NCBI GenBank assembly: GCA_036172245.1
Contig: JAYWIR010000004.1
Coordinates: 6,138,001 to 6,202,000 of the forward strand
Source: Raillietiella orientalis
Lineage: Eukaryota
DNA length: 64,000 nucleotides
Reading direction: 5' to 3'
The notes beneath the pieces were generated by a model. It was not told where the DNA came from. It worked only from the letters and a program-made list of their open reading frames with translations, and did no database searches. The position numbers and the translations under genes were made by a program. Positions 36,850 to 48,719 of this stretch are shown piece by piece (the first letter of the stretch is position 1; each line of letters opens with the position of its first letter).

Positions 36850-38391
36850 CTCCGGAAACTTCCATTGATCCTGAAAAGGACTGCTGGAATCTCCAGACAA
36901 CCTGTAATTGGAGTAAACGTTTCTCCGGGACTTAAGATCGACTGAACTTTTCTCAGAGACAGTTGTTTCTCACCGGGTGCGCCGGGGAGTTTATTTCTAA
37001 ACTATTCAGGAACAGAGTTCCCGGACAAAGGACACAGAAGAAACGAAGGGGGGGGATCACCGACACGCAGGTCGGTAAACCAAAATTCCGGAAAGGGAGG
37101 GAGGGGACCACAAATACACATATAAAAAATAGAAATAAAGATATGGAGAGGGGAGGGGACAGGGGTCTTTGGTTTGGCCGTTCCTTTCCTTCAGAACCGG
37201 CTATGCATGCCGGTGATCTCGCTCCTAACGTCCTCTGGAAGATAAGTCTACTCGGCAGCCGACGCCATGTTCACGCCGGTTATTCCGGTGGCCTGATGGC
37301 GAATCGCCAGCTTCTCCAGCTCTCGGTGGGCCTTGTCGATGGCGCGGGTGCAACAGACCGTTGCGATGACAGCACCTAAGAACAGGCTGCCTGGCGTGAA
37401 GAAGCTGCGCATCAAGTCCCTCGCGGCGTCCCCCTGGTGCAGGAGAGCTAAGGCCAGTCTCCGCCACAGTCCTAGGAGGGCACCGCAGTCCAAGAGCAGG
37501 TGCGGGAGCGTTTCCACGTCCCCGCACCGTTTACAGTTCGGGGAGACAACTCCCCCGGAAACACGGTTCGTCCGCTGGTTGGAGTGAAAACCCCAATGCA
37601 CCAGCATGATGACGTCCTGTTTCCAGCTCAAAGGAAACACAGAAGAGACAGTTGTCATGGAGCCCTCTTTCCCCTCAGATCCCCCATATCTCGCTGAAGT
37701 ATTAGCTATTCCACCATCAAGATCTGCGCTGACAGAGGCTCCAAGCCAGCAAGCGCCCCACCCCTTCCGCACGAACCTTCGCGACCCACCTACTCGCTGG
37801 AATCCGAGGAACTTGCCAGCCTTCGGCGGTGGTGAGCCCGAAGGCAGGAACGGTTCTGTCCCGGTGGTTGGGCAGAGACTCGGCGCATCCTCAGAACTGG
37901 TTGCTTCGTCAGGTGAGTAGTCTCTGCTTACAATGCTTGGCGGATTTCGACTTCCATGGCCACTGTCCGGCTGTCCATAGCAACCAACACCTTTCGTGAG
38001 ATCTGATGAGCGTCGCATCGGGCGTCATAACCCAACGTTTGGTTTATCTCACAGTTCTGCTTACCCAAAGGAGCCCTTAAGGCGCTCATGGATTCGAAAG
38101 TCCGTGCTTCGGCTTTTGAGCAAGCCGCACTTATTACCCATTTCAAGTTTGAGAATAGGTCGAGGTCATTTCGACCCCAAGGTCTCGAATCGTTCGCTTT
38201 ACTGGATAAGACTCCGTTCTTTTTCCACTAGAGCACAAGCTATACCGAGGGAAACTTCGGGGGAAACCAGCAGTTACCAGATGGTTCGATTCGTCTTTCT
38301 CCTCAAAGTCGAGTTTTTGCTACCAATCTGCACGTTCGGATCGCTGAGGACCTTCACCACTAGAGTTTTCTCCCCTAGCTTCGTCCTGCCC
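36850..38391 (-). rRNA. 28S (LSU) rRNA pseudogene fragment, copy 1 (about 750 nt at 37644-38391, resuming at 36850-36966 beyond the LINE)
   Basis: Long antisense 28S matches: gcggatttcgacttccatggccac, caaccaacacctt, acccatttcaagtttgagaatagg, gagggaaacttcgg..gaaaccagc, gatggttcgatt, gcttcgtcctgccc. After the LINE the minus strand reads gttcagtcgatcttaag, the next 28S segment. Many substitutions, so not a functional rDNA unit. Confidence 0.9.
36967..37643 (-). mobile_element. LINE family B short 5'-truncated copy inserted in a 28S pseudogene; perfect 12-bp TSD
   Basis: SPNCKRCGDVETLPHLLLDC; 3' end aataaactccccggcgcacccggtgagaa; agagacagttgt at 36955-36966 and 37644-37655. Confidence 0.9.
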
Positions 38392-39075
38392 GTCCGAGGG
38401 TGGGAGACACGTCCTGCACAGGCAGGAGAAGAAAGGTAGAGAAACTCGAAGTGACCCTCTATCTAGGCGAGGAAGGTAAGCAGTGCAAGGCGCGTGCTTT
38501 CATCGTCGGTTCACTAGAAACCTGGAATCCAGAAAACGAAGAGGAGCCGTACGATCTTGGCCACGAGCAGCGATCGGATGCTTCACTTGACGGCTCTCCT
38601 TCTGCGTTGGCGCGACGGTCGGAGTTCAGATGAGGAACAGGGACTTTCGAAAAATGGAAGCTTTCGTATGGGAGGAGGAGCATGGAATGAAAATGTGGAA
38701 TTAAAGGAAAAACGTCGACTCGGAGAAGGGAAAGTCCATCCCTTCCTATCGGCCAAACTCTTTCAAGGAAAGATGAGTTTCGTAAGGTGAACCTCATCCT
38801 AAACATCCTTCAGGAAGGAGCAAGCTGCTCACTGATGTTCAGCGCTTCAAGATCGTGCCCTGCTGAGAGTGAGCTGACTGTCACTTCCCTCATGCTTGGA
38901 CAAACCCTCAGAACAGAACGAAGCTAGAAACTAAGCTGGATCTCTGAGCCCGCAAGCTGCCCCTGGAGACCTTGGATATTGCCACTAAAGAGGGAAATGT
39001 GACTTCGCAGTTGCTAGGAGACTCGAAATGAATTGTTTTAAATAATCTCACTTGCAATCCCATCTTTGCTTCCAT
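38386..39075 (+). mobile_element. RLE-type non-LTR retrotransposon 3' fragment with 3'UTR
   Basis: CPSEGG..GKQCKARAFIVGSLETWNPENEE is homologous to 46147-46512; the 3'UTR resembles 45905-46100. Confidence 0.75.
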
Positions 39076-42000
39076 CGTGATATTCCGACTTTCCAGGACT
39101 TTTTGGATCTACGGAGATTGTGCTGCTCTATCAGTTTTTAAGAACTCCTGGAAAAATGTGTGTGTGTGTATTTTTTTTTTCAAACTCCGGAATTCCAGAG
39201 AAAGAGAGCAACTTTCGTTTAGGGTTAGGTGCAGTTCCTATGCCATTGGATTTGAGAACCGTGGCAGCTGCCTGAGAAAAGACATGGACGATTACCACTC
39301 AATGTCTTGGGAGCACCGAAAGAATTCTGTTTTCCAGGAAATCAGTCCTCTGTCGCGTCTTCAAGGATATTTCTGAAAGCCAGCAACCAGCAGAACTGAA
39401 AGAATTGTCAGCAAAGAGTTCTTATGAAAACTTCTGTATGATCTCCATTGTCTCCGCCACAAGAGAGAGGAGAGAAGGAATTCGATCTTTTGGCGAGAAA
39501 TTCAGTAAGAACGGATTCCCTATTCTCCCTGTCCAGCCTCACCTATTTCTCTTATTCCGGTTCGTTTTCTGGCTCTGAATGTCATCTCAATTGTAAAATG
39601 CAAACTTCTCTAGTGCTGCAGTACATCGTTAGAGGACGCTTAAGAGCATGCTCTCAAAAATGCGCGAAGTGAAAGCAGAGAAGTCGGAACATTCGAGAAA
39701 GAAAAATGGAGACTCCACTAATCATGACTCTTTGAACGGAGGTCCCGGGAGGTCTTCTGGAGCGGCGATGCTTCCCAAAAGAAATTCAACATCTCAGAGA
39801 ACGCTTCCTTGTCACATTGCATTTAACCGACTCCTTTCCTTTGCCTTCTTTCGCTTCTTTCATAACTTTCCTTTTTTCAGACCCTCATAATTCTAATCCT
39901 GGTGGGGAATTGGAAGCGTGGAAATGCAATTTCAAAACTGCGGAGACTTCTGGAAGACAATAAAAAATAAAAACTCAATAGTAGACCGGGAGCATGAGAC
40001 TCCATTTTGGAATAGGGGAAGCGGGGTCCAAATGCTCCTCTTAAAGAGATTCTTTTCGGAAATTCCAAAGAATTCCAATGGTTTAGACGCCTTGGTAGTT
40101 CGTGGTCATCATGGTTAGGTTCGTCTCGCCTTTACCCCCCCCCCCGGTGGCGGGGGATGAGGGCGAGACTCTTCATGATTCTTTCTTCTTCCTCCTTCAT
40201 GGCAAGGCACCCGTCTTCGCAGAAATCCCGAACTGAAGATTCAGGGGGAATGTCCGAAAGTCACTTCAGGTCCTGGCATTTACGGTGTCGAACGGCGGGT
40301 TGCACAAGTATATTTTTGCCGGCGATTGTCTGTATGACCTATTGATCCTTTCTTTCCTGCCTTACGATTGTTAGGACCCTTCTTCTATGTGACTCTGGAT
40401 AGGGATCGACTCCTTTTGCTCTCCAAGTGAAAAAGACGCTGCAGTCGATCGTCCGAAGGATCCACAGCCTCTTTCTGGGACTCTTGGCAGCAGCTGCTCT
40501 GAAGGCGGGCCGATGACTCGCGCCTTCGGTCGCGCTCCTGCAAGGAAGATTGCTTCTCCATAAAAAGAGCCAGGAACGCCTGCGGGGTCTAAACGCCTCC
40601 CTGAAGAAACGCTGATGCCTCAACGACTGCCCGGCAGGAGAAATCCCTACTCTTGCTGGGGAGGGGTGAAGACAGGAGGGAGGACTTCCCGTCCTGGGAA
40701 GCAGCGTGTCGACTTCGCCCAAACCTGCAAAAAGCGAAGGGGGCTGTGCCCCAAGCCACCCCATTCGTGTTCCCCTGAGGTGCCTCTGGAGCGGCGAAGG
40801 TGGAAGCCTCTTTCGCAACGGTGACAGCTGCTGCCAGGAGCCCGCTGGTGAATGGGACGGCAACAGAAGCAGCTGCCGACCATCGCTTCAAGGCCGCGCA
40901 TGCCCACTGCCGCAGTAGCAGTGACAGCTGGAAGAAGAAAAGGGAAGGAGTTTCAGCATTCTTTCGGGCAGCAGGAGCCATCAACCACCCTAAAAAAAAA
41001 AAAAAAGGAAGAGGGGAAGTGGGAGAGGCGCTAATGCGGAAGGAAGCCTTCCAAAATCCCCGAGTGGGAATCCTACAGCGGGCACTTAGCGATGGGAGCA
41101 GAAAGAACTTCCGGGTCTAGAGGGAAATTCTGCGATGATAGCCCCTCCTTCTTCCGGACCTCTGTCTCCGCCCGTGGAACGGCGAAAATTCTGAACCCAG
41201 CTGGCGGCTCTGGGTCACTCAGGCTTAGACGTGACCCGGGAACGAGGACGAGCGTCCGTGCTCGCAGTCGCCGTTTCTGCCCCCAAGAAGAAAAGTGCAG
41301 GAGGAGAAGACTATCCGGATCAGAAACCGCTCTGACCTTTAGAGACGAGTTGACCATGGAGGCGTGAGCAGCCCGTCGCCACGCCTCGACGGCGAAAAAG
41401 GGCGCGCCCATCCCCGCTCTTCCGCGTTCGCCCTTCATTCTTCCAGATCAAGCGGGGGAGGAGAACGAGAAAAGGTGACTTCCTCTTGCCCACTCCCCTA
41501 CTCGACGCTGAGGCGCGGCAGTAGAAGGAAAAGGGGGGAAGGTTCGGCGCATCCTCGATCTCCCATTCCAACTGTCCCTTCTCCCCTCGCGCGCGGATGA
41601 CGACTCGTCGAGAGCGGGCAAGCACCGCAGTTGCTCCTGGCCGGAGGGGTACAGTCGCGGGTTACTCCCACCCCTGACCCCCCTTCCTTGGAAGGTCCTT
41701 TCTTCCTCCCTCTCATGAGAGCACAATGTTTCCCGAGGCGATGTGTGCGAGCGCTGTGCCTCGGCGGATGGCAGCGTCCGAGGGGCAAGGGGGAGAAAGG
41801 GCACCTGCAGGGGAGCGACGAGGGCTGAAAAAGTTCCCTCCCTCGAATAAGGCAGGGGAGATCTCCGGAGGCTTCCAGAAGCGCTGGCTCTCCCCGATCG
41901 GAAGGTCCTCGTGGTTGCCATTTTGTCTTTCCTCGAGGGTCGCCCGCGGACTCGTCCTCCGGCCACGCAGACGGGTACAGCCATGGAAAGGTTCACTCTA

Positions 42001-42639
42001 GTGGCCAGCTCCCTGCCGCAGTCACCAGGGAGAAGCCGTGGTCGTCTTCCCCTGGGAGCTCATCGTAAGAAGGCTATCAGCGAGCAGTTGGGGACTCCGG
42101 AAGGAAGAGGTCAAGGCAGAAGGTGCCTTGCTGGAGCCCTGAAAGTGGACCGCGCTGGCCGCCACTTAGAGCGGTCCGTAACGAGCTGCAAGAACGGCCG
42201 GTCCCATCTTCAGCCCTCTTCCTCGAGAGCCGAGCTCCGTCAGCTGACACCCCTCGTCTCCCGGATGCCGAGTCTTCGAGCACGCGGGGAGGGCTGCGTA
42301 CGTCCCGTGCCAGGATGCAGCCTCCTCCTTCTCCTCCTTTACCGCTTCCTCTGGAGGAAGAGCAGCAGTGAGTGGGGACCTTCTCCTCGAGAGGAAGGCT
42401 CCTTTCTCCACTGAAAGGCTGAGTGCCGAAGGAAGGAAGAGGACGGCCGCGCGTGGAGCGAAATCCTCTGGAGCATGAGGGAGGATCGGTGATCCACTCA
42501 GGAACCAGCCCTGTCGGACTCCGGCTACTCTCGTTCCTCCCTCAATCCCTTCCAGAAGCCGTCGTCCGAGCAGATCCTGCCAGTTCTCCTTCCTGTCCTC
42601 TTTGGGGTCAGTGAGATCCGAATGGTGACCACCCTCATT

Positions 42640-42830
42640 GCCTCCGTTCGTTTTTCCGGTCATTTTGGCGGATCTTTTTTGCATCCTGTGAAAATCCCAG
42701 GCAACCTTTCGACTCGGGGAGCCAGTTCAGACGCACTCGGGGAGTCCAGCCCGAACGCCGTTGCTTTGCATCGTCCGCGGCGAACCACCAGGGACGAAGC
42801 TGGTCCCGACAGGCGTGCGGAACTTCGGTC
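42640..42830 (-). pseudogene. Possible very decayed 28S-derived segment
   Basis: Collinear weak matches to 37930-38090 (ttggcggat, caacctttcg, gcactcgggg, catcgtccgcggcg). Confidence 0.3.
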
Positions 42831-43424
42831 CTGGGCGTCCCGGCGGCAGAATCGGCTCCCAACGCGCTAACGAGGAGAATAGACCTTTCTGACTGCGCCA
42901 GAGGGTCCGTAGCGCCCCAGGGACACAGCTTGAGCCTTCCCTTAGCCGGGCTTGGCATCAATCAGCCACCCCTGCCTCGAACCGAAATGAACCAGGAAGC
43001 AAACAGGAATGCGCCGCAAAGGGGAAACTCCGTGCCCTCGAGAGAATCCCGAAGATTCTCCTCCAGAGGATGGACGGGAACGAAGAGGGAAGCGCGAGCC
43101 GGAAGGCGTTTGCGAGACGCGCTCAGCAGAGTGACGGCAACGCCGGAGGAGTCGACCAACTTCATCCTGGGACTTGTTGGACGAATGTTGGCTGCCATGG
43201 CATCCGCGGCGCGGATGTGAATCGGTGCGAGCCAGCAGGGAGAAGCCGTGCTCAGGAGATCACCGCGGAACGGGAGAGCAAGAATGACTTCTATGCTCGA
43301 GGAAGGTCCGAGCAATCCCTTCAACATCCCCCTCTAGCCCTCCAGTCTCATATTTCATCCGTGTCTCCTGTTATTGTTGGTGAGGAACCCGGAAGGGAAT
43401 TCGGTTTCTTGGAAGGACCCTGGA

Positions 43425-44700
43425 TTATCACCAGGGTGCTCCAAGCCGTTCATTCTTTATAAAAAATATGCATTTACAATCCCTGTGGCTGGACAGGTGA
43501 TTCAACCACGTTCTTTTCAGAACAAACCTGCTGAGTTACCAGTGCGCAGACCGATGAGTTCCTCCACGGCAGCTGGGGAGAGGCGGCAGACAAAAAGAAA
43601 AGAAGAAACAAAAGTAAAAATAAATAAATAAATACATTTGGAGGGTGGGGCGGAGTATGGAAAATCACGTCCTGCTGAGGGCGGTCCTCTGCATCCTTCG
43701 GAGGATGCCAGCAAGCTCTTGCTGGATGACGTTTCCTAGGTGGGACCATCTTGTTGCCATCCTCAGGAAGCAAACGGCAAATTAGACGTGGCACCCCTGT
43801 CGTTCGGTTCTCTTGCGTCGCTGCAGGCGGCAACAATCGCATAGGTAGCAGAGAGAGATTCTAGCGAGGCTGCCGGCCGAAGAACGTCTTGTAGGAAAAG
43901 GGACCTTAAAGCGTCCCTGAGGTTGCCGTCGGGGGCACCAAGGGTGACAGCAAAGCGTTCCTAGAGAAACTGCAGGGCAGCAACGCAATCTACAGGCAGG
44001 CGCGGGAGGAATCCCTCTCCGCACCTGTCACATTTCGGGTCGATATCCCCCTACCCCCTTGTGTCCAGTGGTGCAGGCGGGCTTTGCGTGGGAGACCCCA
44101 GTGCAGCAGCAACAGCGACGACTCCTGTCAATTCAGCGGAAGGGTGCGTCTGCCCAAAGGCACTGGGGGTCACTGTAAGCCTTCCTCCGGAATACCCAGT
44201 ATCTCTCCCCATAGCAAAGTCCTCAGGGTCGGGCACTCTGGATTGCAGCGCCTGTGAGCTGTCCCGTCTCCGCCCACCAGTCCTCTTCTCCTGGTGGAGA
44301 TTTCACCCCTGATTTCCCATGTAGCCGAAAGGCCGCTGCCCATATGTTCCCTCAGGGAGGGCAGACCGGCAGCAAGGGAGGTTCTTCCTGCCCACGCACT
44401 TTTCCATGGATCTTGGAGGATCTCTGGCAGCAGGCAGTTATTGTAGGGTCTGTACAGGAAACGTTGTGCCTGTTCCGGACACCTGGTTCCTCACCCACGT
44501 GCGAGCGGTTTCCTGCAGTCAGACACTACCGTTTGCGGGGAGGCAGGTGATTTAGTTGATGTTCTTTCTGGTGAGCGTGGCCACCCACCAAAACTGCAGT
44601 CCTCAGTGGGAGATGTTGCAACGACGGCGCTCAAGGAAGGGCGCGACTCCCACACTGCCGATGGCTTGCTGGAAGAGGAGGCATGTAGGTGGTCCACATC
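43425..44700 (-). mobile_element. LINE family B decayed 3' fragment
   Basis: 3' end aatgaacggcttggagcaccctggtgataa; 43600-43860 is collinear with 30790-31030. Confidence 0.6.
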
Positions 44701-45904
44701 TTTGCCATGGGGGCAAGTGTCCTGAACTGGAGCTGTAAATTCAGGAGGCCGGGACCGCCAACCCGACCCGGAGTCCTGTCGGATTCAGATCCTCCTCTTG
44801 CCCCAAAAGGCAATTCTGCGGAGGTCCTTAGTCTGCTTTCTGACGTTCTTCGGCCGAATCGGAAGAACTCTGGAGGGTGGACTTCCAATCCCGGTCACTC
44901 ATGGGGGCGTCCGACTTTCCAGCCACCAGTGCCGCAGCCGAATAGAGGCCAACCAGCGTCACTTTGAGGGAGGAACTCGAACTCACGATGCACCCCCATC
45001 TCTCGGCGTCGATTCAAACCCGTGAGGCTTGGCTCTTCTGCGATCTTTTCCCCCAGAAGACGGAAAGTGGATGCACCCGTGAAGGAGCGATCTTTCCTGA
45101 CAAAGATCAAACTAAAGAACTCAATGCGCAAGGAATGGTTCAGAGCGGCTACTCAGGTGGCCGCGATTGCATTGCGGCAATATAGAGGCGCTCTTCTTCC
45201 ACTCTTTTTGCTTCTTTTTCCGAGAAAACAGTGAAAATCCAGAAGAACCACCTTTTAGACCGGATGCGAAATTTTGAGGACCTCCAGCCTGGGACTTCCC
45301 GTTGCGAAATGCGTTCACTGCTTTAGCAGTGAACACTAAAGAACCTGTTAAGGCAGGTTCTTCAGGGCTAAGGAATTTGCTTTTTTGAAACTACCACCTC
45401 ACTTCAGGATGCCTTGGTTGCCTCCAGAATGGAGGCACGTCAGTGTTCCTGCGGTCCGGAATCCGTTGCCACCACTTGTAGGAACGTCAGGGCGGGGCAG
45501 TCTTGAAACTCATGCTTGCGGTGGAAGATTCCGAACTGCCTCGAACCAGTCTCTTAGTTATTGTGGGGATGCGCCTTCGCTCAATTCGCTCACAGTGTGG
45601 GTTTCACACTTCAAGAATCGTTCCGCTTAAAGCATTCCGAGACCTTCAGAGTCCTCTAGCGAGTTCGCTTAACGCTCACGACACCCTGTTCGCATGATCC
45701 ATTACTCCCAAAGTAAAACGCTTCATCTTCCTTAAAGAGGTTTTCGACCCTGCGCCGGTCGTTTGTGACTTTCTTCTTATTCATGTTTCCCTTATCACTT
45801 AGTCCAGATAATTAAGATCGGTTCATCTTGACACCCTTGGTTCGTTTGCTCATCTCTAGCACAAATTCTGTTTCTTGGTGGGAAGTTGAAAAAGAAAAAA
45901 AAAC

Positions 45905-46660
45905 TCATATCACTGATTGCTAAGATGTTGGGATGGAAAGAGTAACGAGCTATTCAAAATCACTTGACATTGATGACAATGAAGTCATAAGGCAAACTTC
46001 GCTCACGGAGTGATGAGCTCATTCGTATTCATGACTTCAGGAACTTTTATTGCTTATGCGTGCAGTTACATAACTGGTTGCAGGGGGGCTCTGGACACTC
46101 TTTCTCAGTTACTCCTCCGTTCTCTTGGGGCGCTCTTCGCACCTCTTCATGGTGCTCCCTCCGCTTCCTGGCTTCCGTATAGTGAGAAAAGATTGGATTC
46201 TCTAAATGGCTGTTGGTTTTCCTTGCGACGTGGGGCTGCATAGATATCACTTGAGTGCCGAATACATGCAGTCACCATCCGGTGCCTCAGTTCCACGAGC
46301 TTCTTCTTTGCTATTCCTAGTTCTTGTGATACGTCCTCATTTTCAGGATCCCATGCTCCCAGAGAGCCAACGATGAACGCGTGTAACTTGCTTTGCTTTC
46401 CTCCTTTTCCCAGCTGTATTGCCGAGTTCTTGTATTTTCTTCCTTGTTCTCCCTGGCTGTGCTGAACGGCTCTCTTCCATTTTCGTATGGGCAGCAGTCG
46501 TCTAGCACACATTTCCGGTTTCCTTTCTCCGTGACCGGATCCAGTTTTAGGGTAAAAGTTGCTCTGGGTGCTCTCTGGTTTCTTGGCACAAGACTTTATT
46601 TTGCTTCATTCACTGCGGCCTTTCTGATGATTTCCTCAATCGCGTGGTGGCATGCCATGG
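45905..46660 (-). mobile_element. RLE-type non-LTR retrotransposon 3' fragment (NeSL/Utopia-like) with 3'UTR
   Basis: CHHAIEEII..LDDCCPYENGREPFSTARENKE/KY..LHAFIVGSLGAWDPEN..LGI..IRHSSDIY, the typical C-terminus of the restriction-like endonuclease. Confidence 0.82.
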
Positions 46661-48719
46661 ACAGAGGAACGTGATTTCAGGAAACATGAAGTGGAGATCG
46701 CAAGCGCACGCGCGCACACGAAAACAAAGCTTTGCAGAAAAATTTATCCGCAATCTCTCTTTTTGTGCATTCCTTTTCTTGAGATGTGATAGGTAACACT
46801 GGCTGCGGGTGAGTGTTCCGAGCAGCGCACTACCACAGAAATCATACTAAGGAGTTCGCTCCCTTTTGCGAGATCTTATTCATCGGATTATGTCCAAGAT
46901 CGTCCTTTGATTGAATCCCGTCTGTCCTTTCCTTCGCAAGCTTTTGCTTCCCTCTCACTTTGAGACAGTGCACTTTGGATCGCATTTCAAATACCCTTTC
47001 TTATTCGGTTAATCTTGCTTGCTCTTCTTGATCATGACCGCATCCCATTCTGCAGCTGCCTTAACTATCCGGCCAAATGTGGTAATAGCTCACCACGCAT
47101 TTCTTTGAATTTCTTTTGATTTTACACTCATCTAGTCTTTTTTTATCCCGTGAGTTCAAGCAAAGTTGTGCCCAGGATGACTAAGACAGTTGCTTTCGAT
47201 GGATGTGCTAAAAACGTCCAGAAGGTTTCCTGTTTGTCTAGGGCGTTGTTTGATGCAGTATCCCTCTCTGAAGAGGATGCCTAAGTGGGAAATCCTGCAT
47301 ATTTCCGACCTCGTTCGAACAAAAGGCGGCACTGGGGATTCGAACGAGCTGAAACCATAAGTCCGACTCCATTGCTTTTGGGCGCACCCTTTTGCTAGCG
47401 GGAAGGTACGGGGAAGGAAAGAACGCTGGCACATGAGTACGCTTGCAGAAAACAGGACTCTTCGTCTGTTGTGAAAAGGAAATCCGCTGCAATAAACAAA
47501 AACAAAACATCTGCAGCCAAACACCTGAGTTCCCAAGGTGATTCTGAGGATTCTCAAGCGAATTCTGAGGCAAAGCTGAGTGACTGTTCGAAACTTGCAG
47601 ATATTTCATGCGTCGTTCCTGGTTTTGTTCACCGAAAACAAAGGGGCCGTGTCAGAGTGCACGGAGTGGCACCAGTTGAGGCGGTGAATATTGAGAAATG
47701 GTCACAGGCCTTGAAGGTATTCACGCCGAGATGTGGCTGCGTTTTCTCTGTCTCCAGATCACACCAAGTGACGTCTTGTTCTTCACTCTAGCTGGTGACA
47801 GATGGGCTCCGTTCTTGCTCTCCGGCGAGCAGGAGGAGGAGCAAGGCAGACGGCGGCGAGTGATGAAGTTCCGCCGCATTTGGACGAGCGATTTTTCTTC
47901 GACGTCATTCCTGAATTTCCCAAGAGGTTCCTTCTCCTTCTCGCGCCTGCAGTCGGGTTTTGTCTTGAGCTGTCCCAAACTAAAGGGAAGGAGAATCACT
48001 CCCGTTGCCGAAACCGCACCGCATTTTCCGTGCGGCTTCTCTGGAGACTTGCGATTCTCCGGCCAGCTGCAAGACCCACAGCTCCCGTCAGAGTTATCGA
48101 GGTTCAGGAGGGAAGGTCAAGAGGAAAAGAACCTAATTCTGGACGAACTTCCGTAGAGGGTGTGCACCCCGAGGTCCTGGAGGCGGGATTGGGCGTGGCT
48201 TTTGCCCTTCTTCTTGACATCAGAAGAGTCGCACAAAGACTCCAGGTTTTTCCGTGTATTCTCTCTTCTCCCATCAGAAAGCTTCATACACTGGGCACCA
48301 GATAAGTAGCGTGTCAGACATGGAGTCGATATCCCGTTTCAAGTTAAAAACAGATATATTTTTAAATTAAAAGGTATATAACAATGCACATGAAGCGTAG
48401 GATTCTTCTCAAACTTCCCATCTTCCTGTCTTAGGAGCAGAAACGCTGGTCACGTTCAACCAATGGTGGCTTAATCCGTGGGTCGTCCTCCATCTCCTGG
48501 TCGCAGACGTCGTTCTTCACGCCAAAGATCTGCTATTCCTGGTCCATTCGCTCTTGTTCTTGAAGGGCATCCGCGTCATCTGGCTGATGTACCAGCCGGC
48601 GGGTCCAGTAGATGCAGCAAACGTACCGGACACATGAGGCAACCATAAGTTGTCTGCATATCTTCGCGGGACTCCTAAATTCATGAATTCCCTGAGGCCC
48701 AAGTCCCTAGAGAACCATC

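Noticed and set aside
37248..38018. 256-aa minus-strand ORF as a real protein
   Set aside because: Chance fusion of 28S-derived sequence with the LINE C-terminus across the TSD.
44780..45560. Plus-strand 28S domain-V remnant (ttggctcttc, ttgctttttt, ccacttgtaggaacgt)
   Set aside because: Matches are too short and not cleanly collinear to call by eye.
45860..45910. U2 snRNA or spliced-leader target next to the NeSL/Utopia-like fragments
   Set aside because: No U2 or SL sequence recognised at the 3' flanks.
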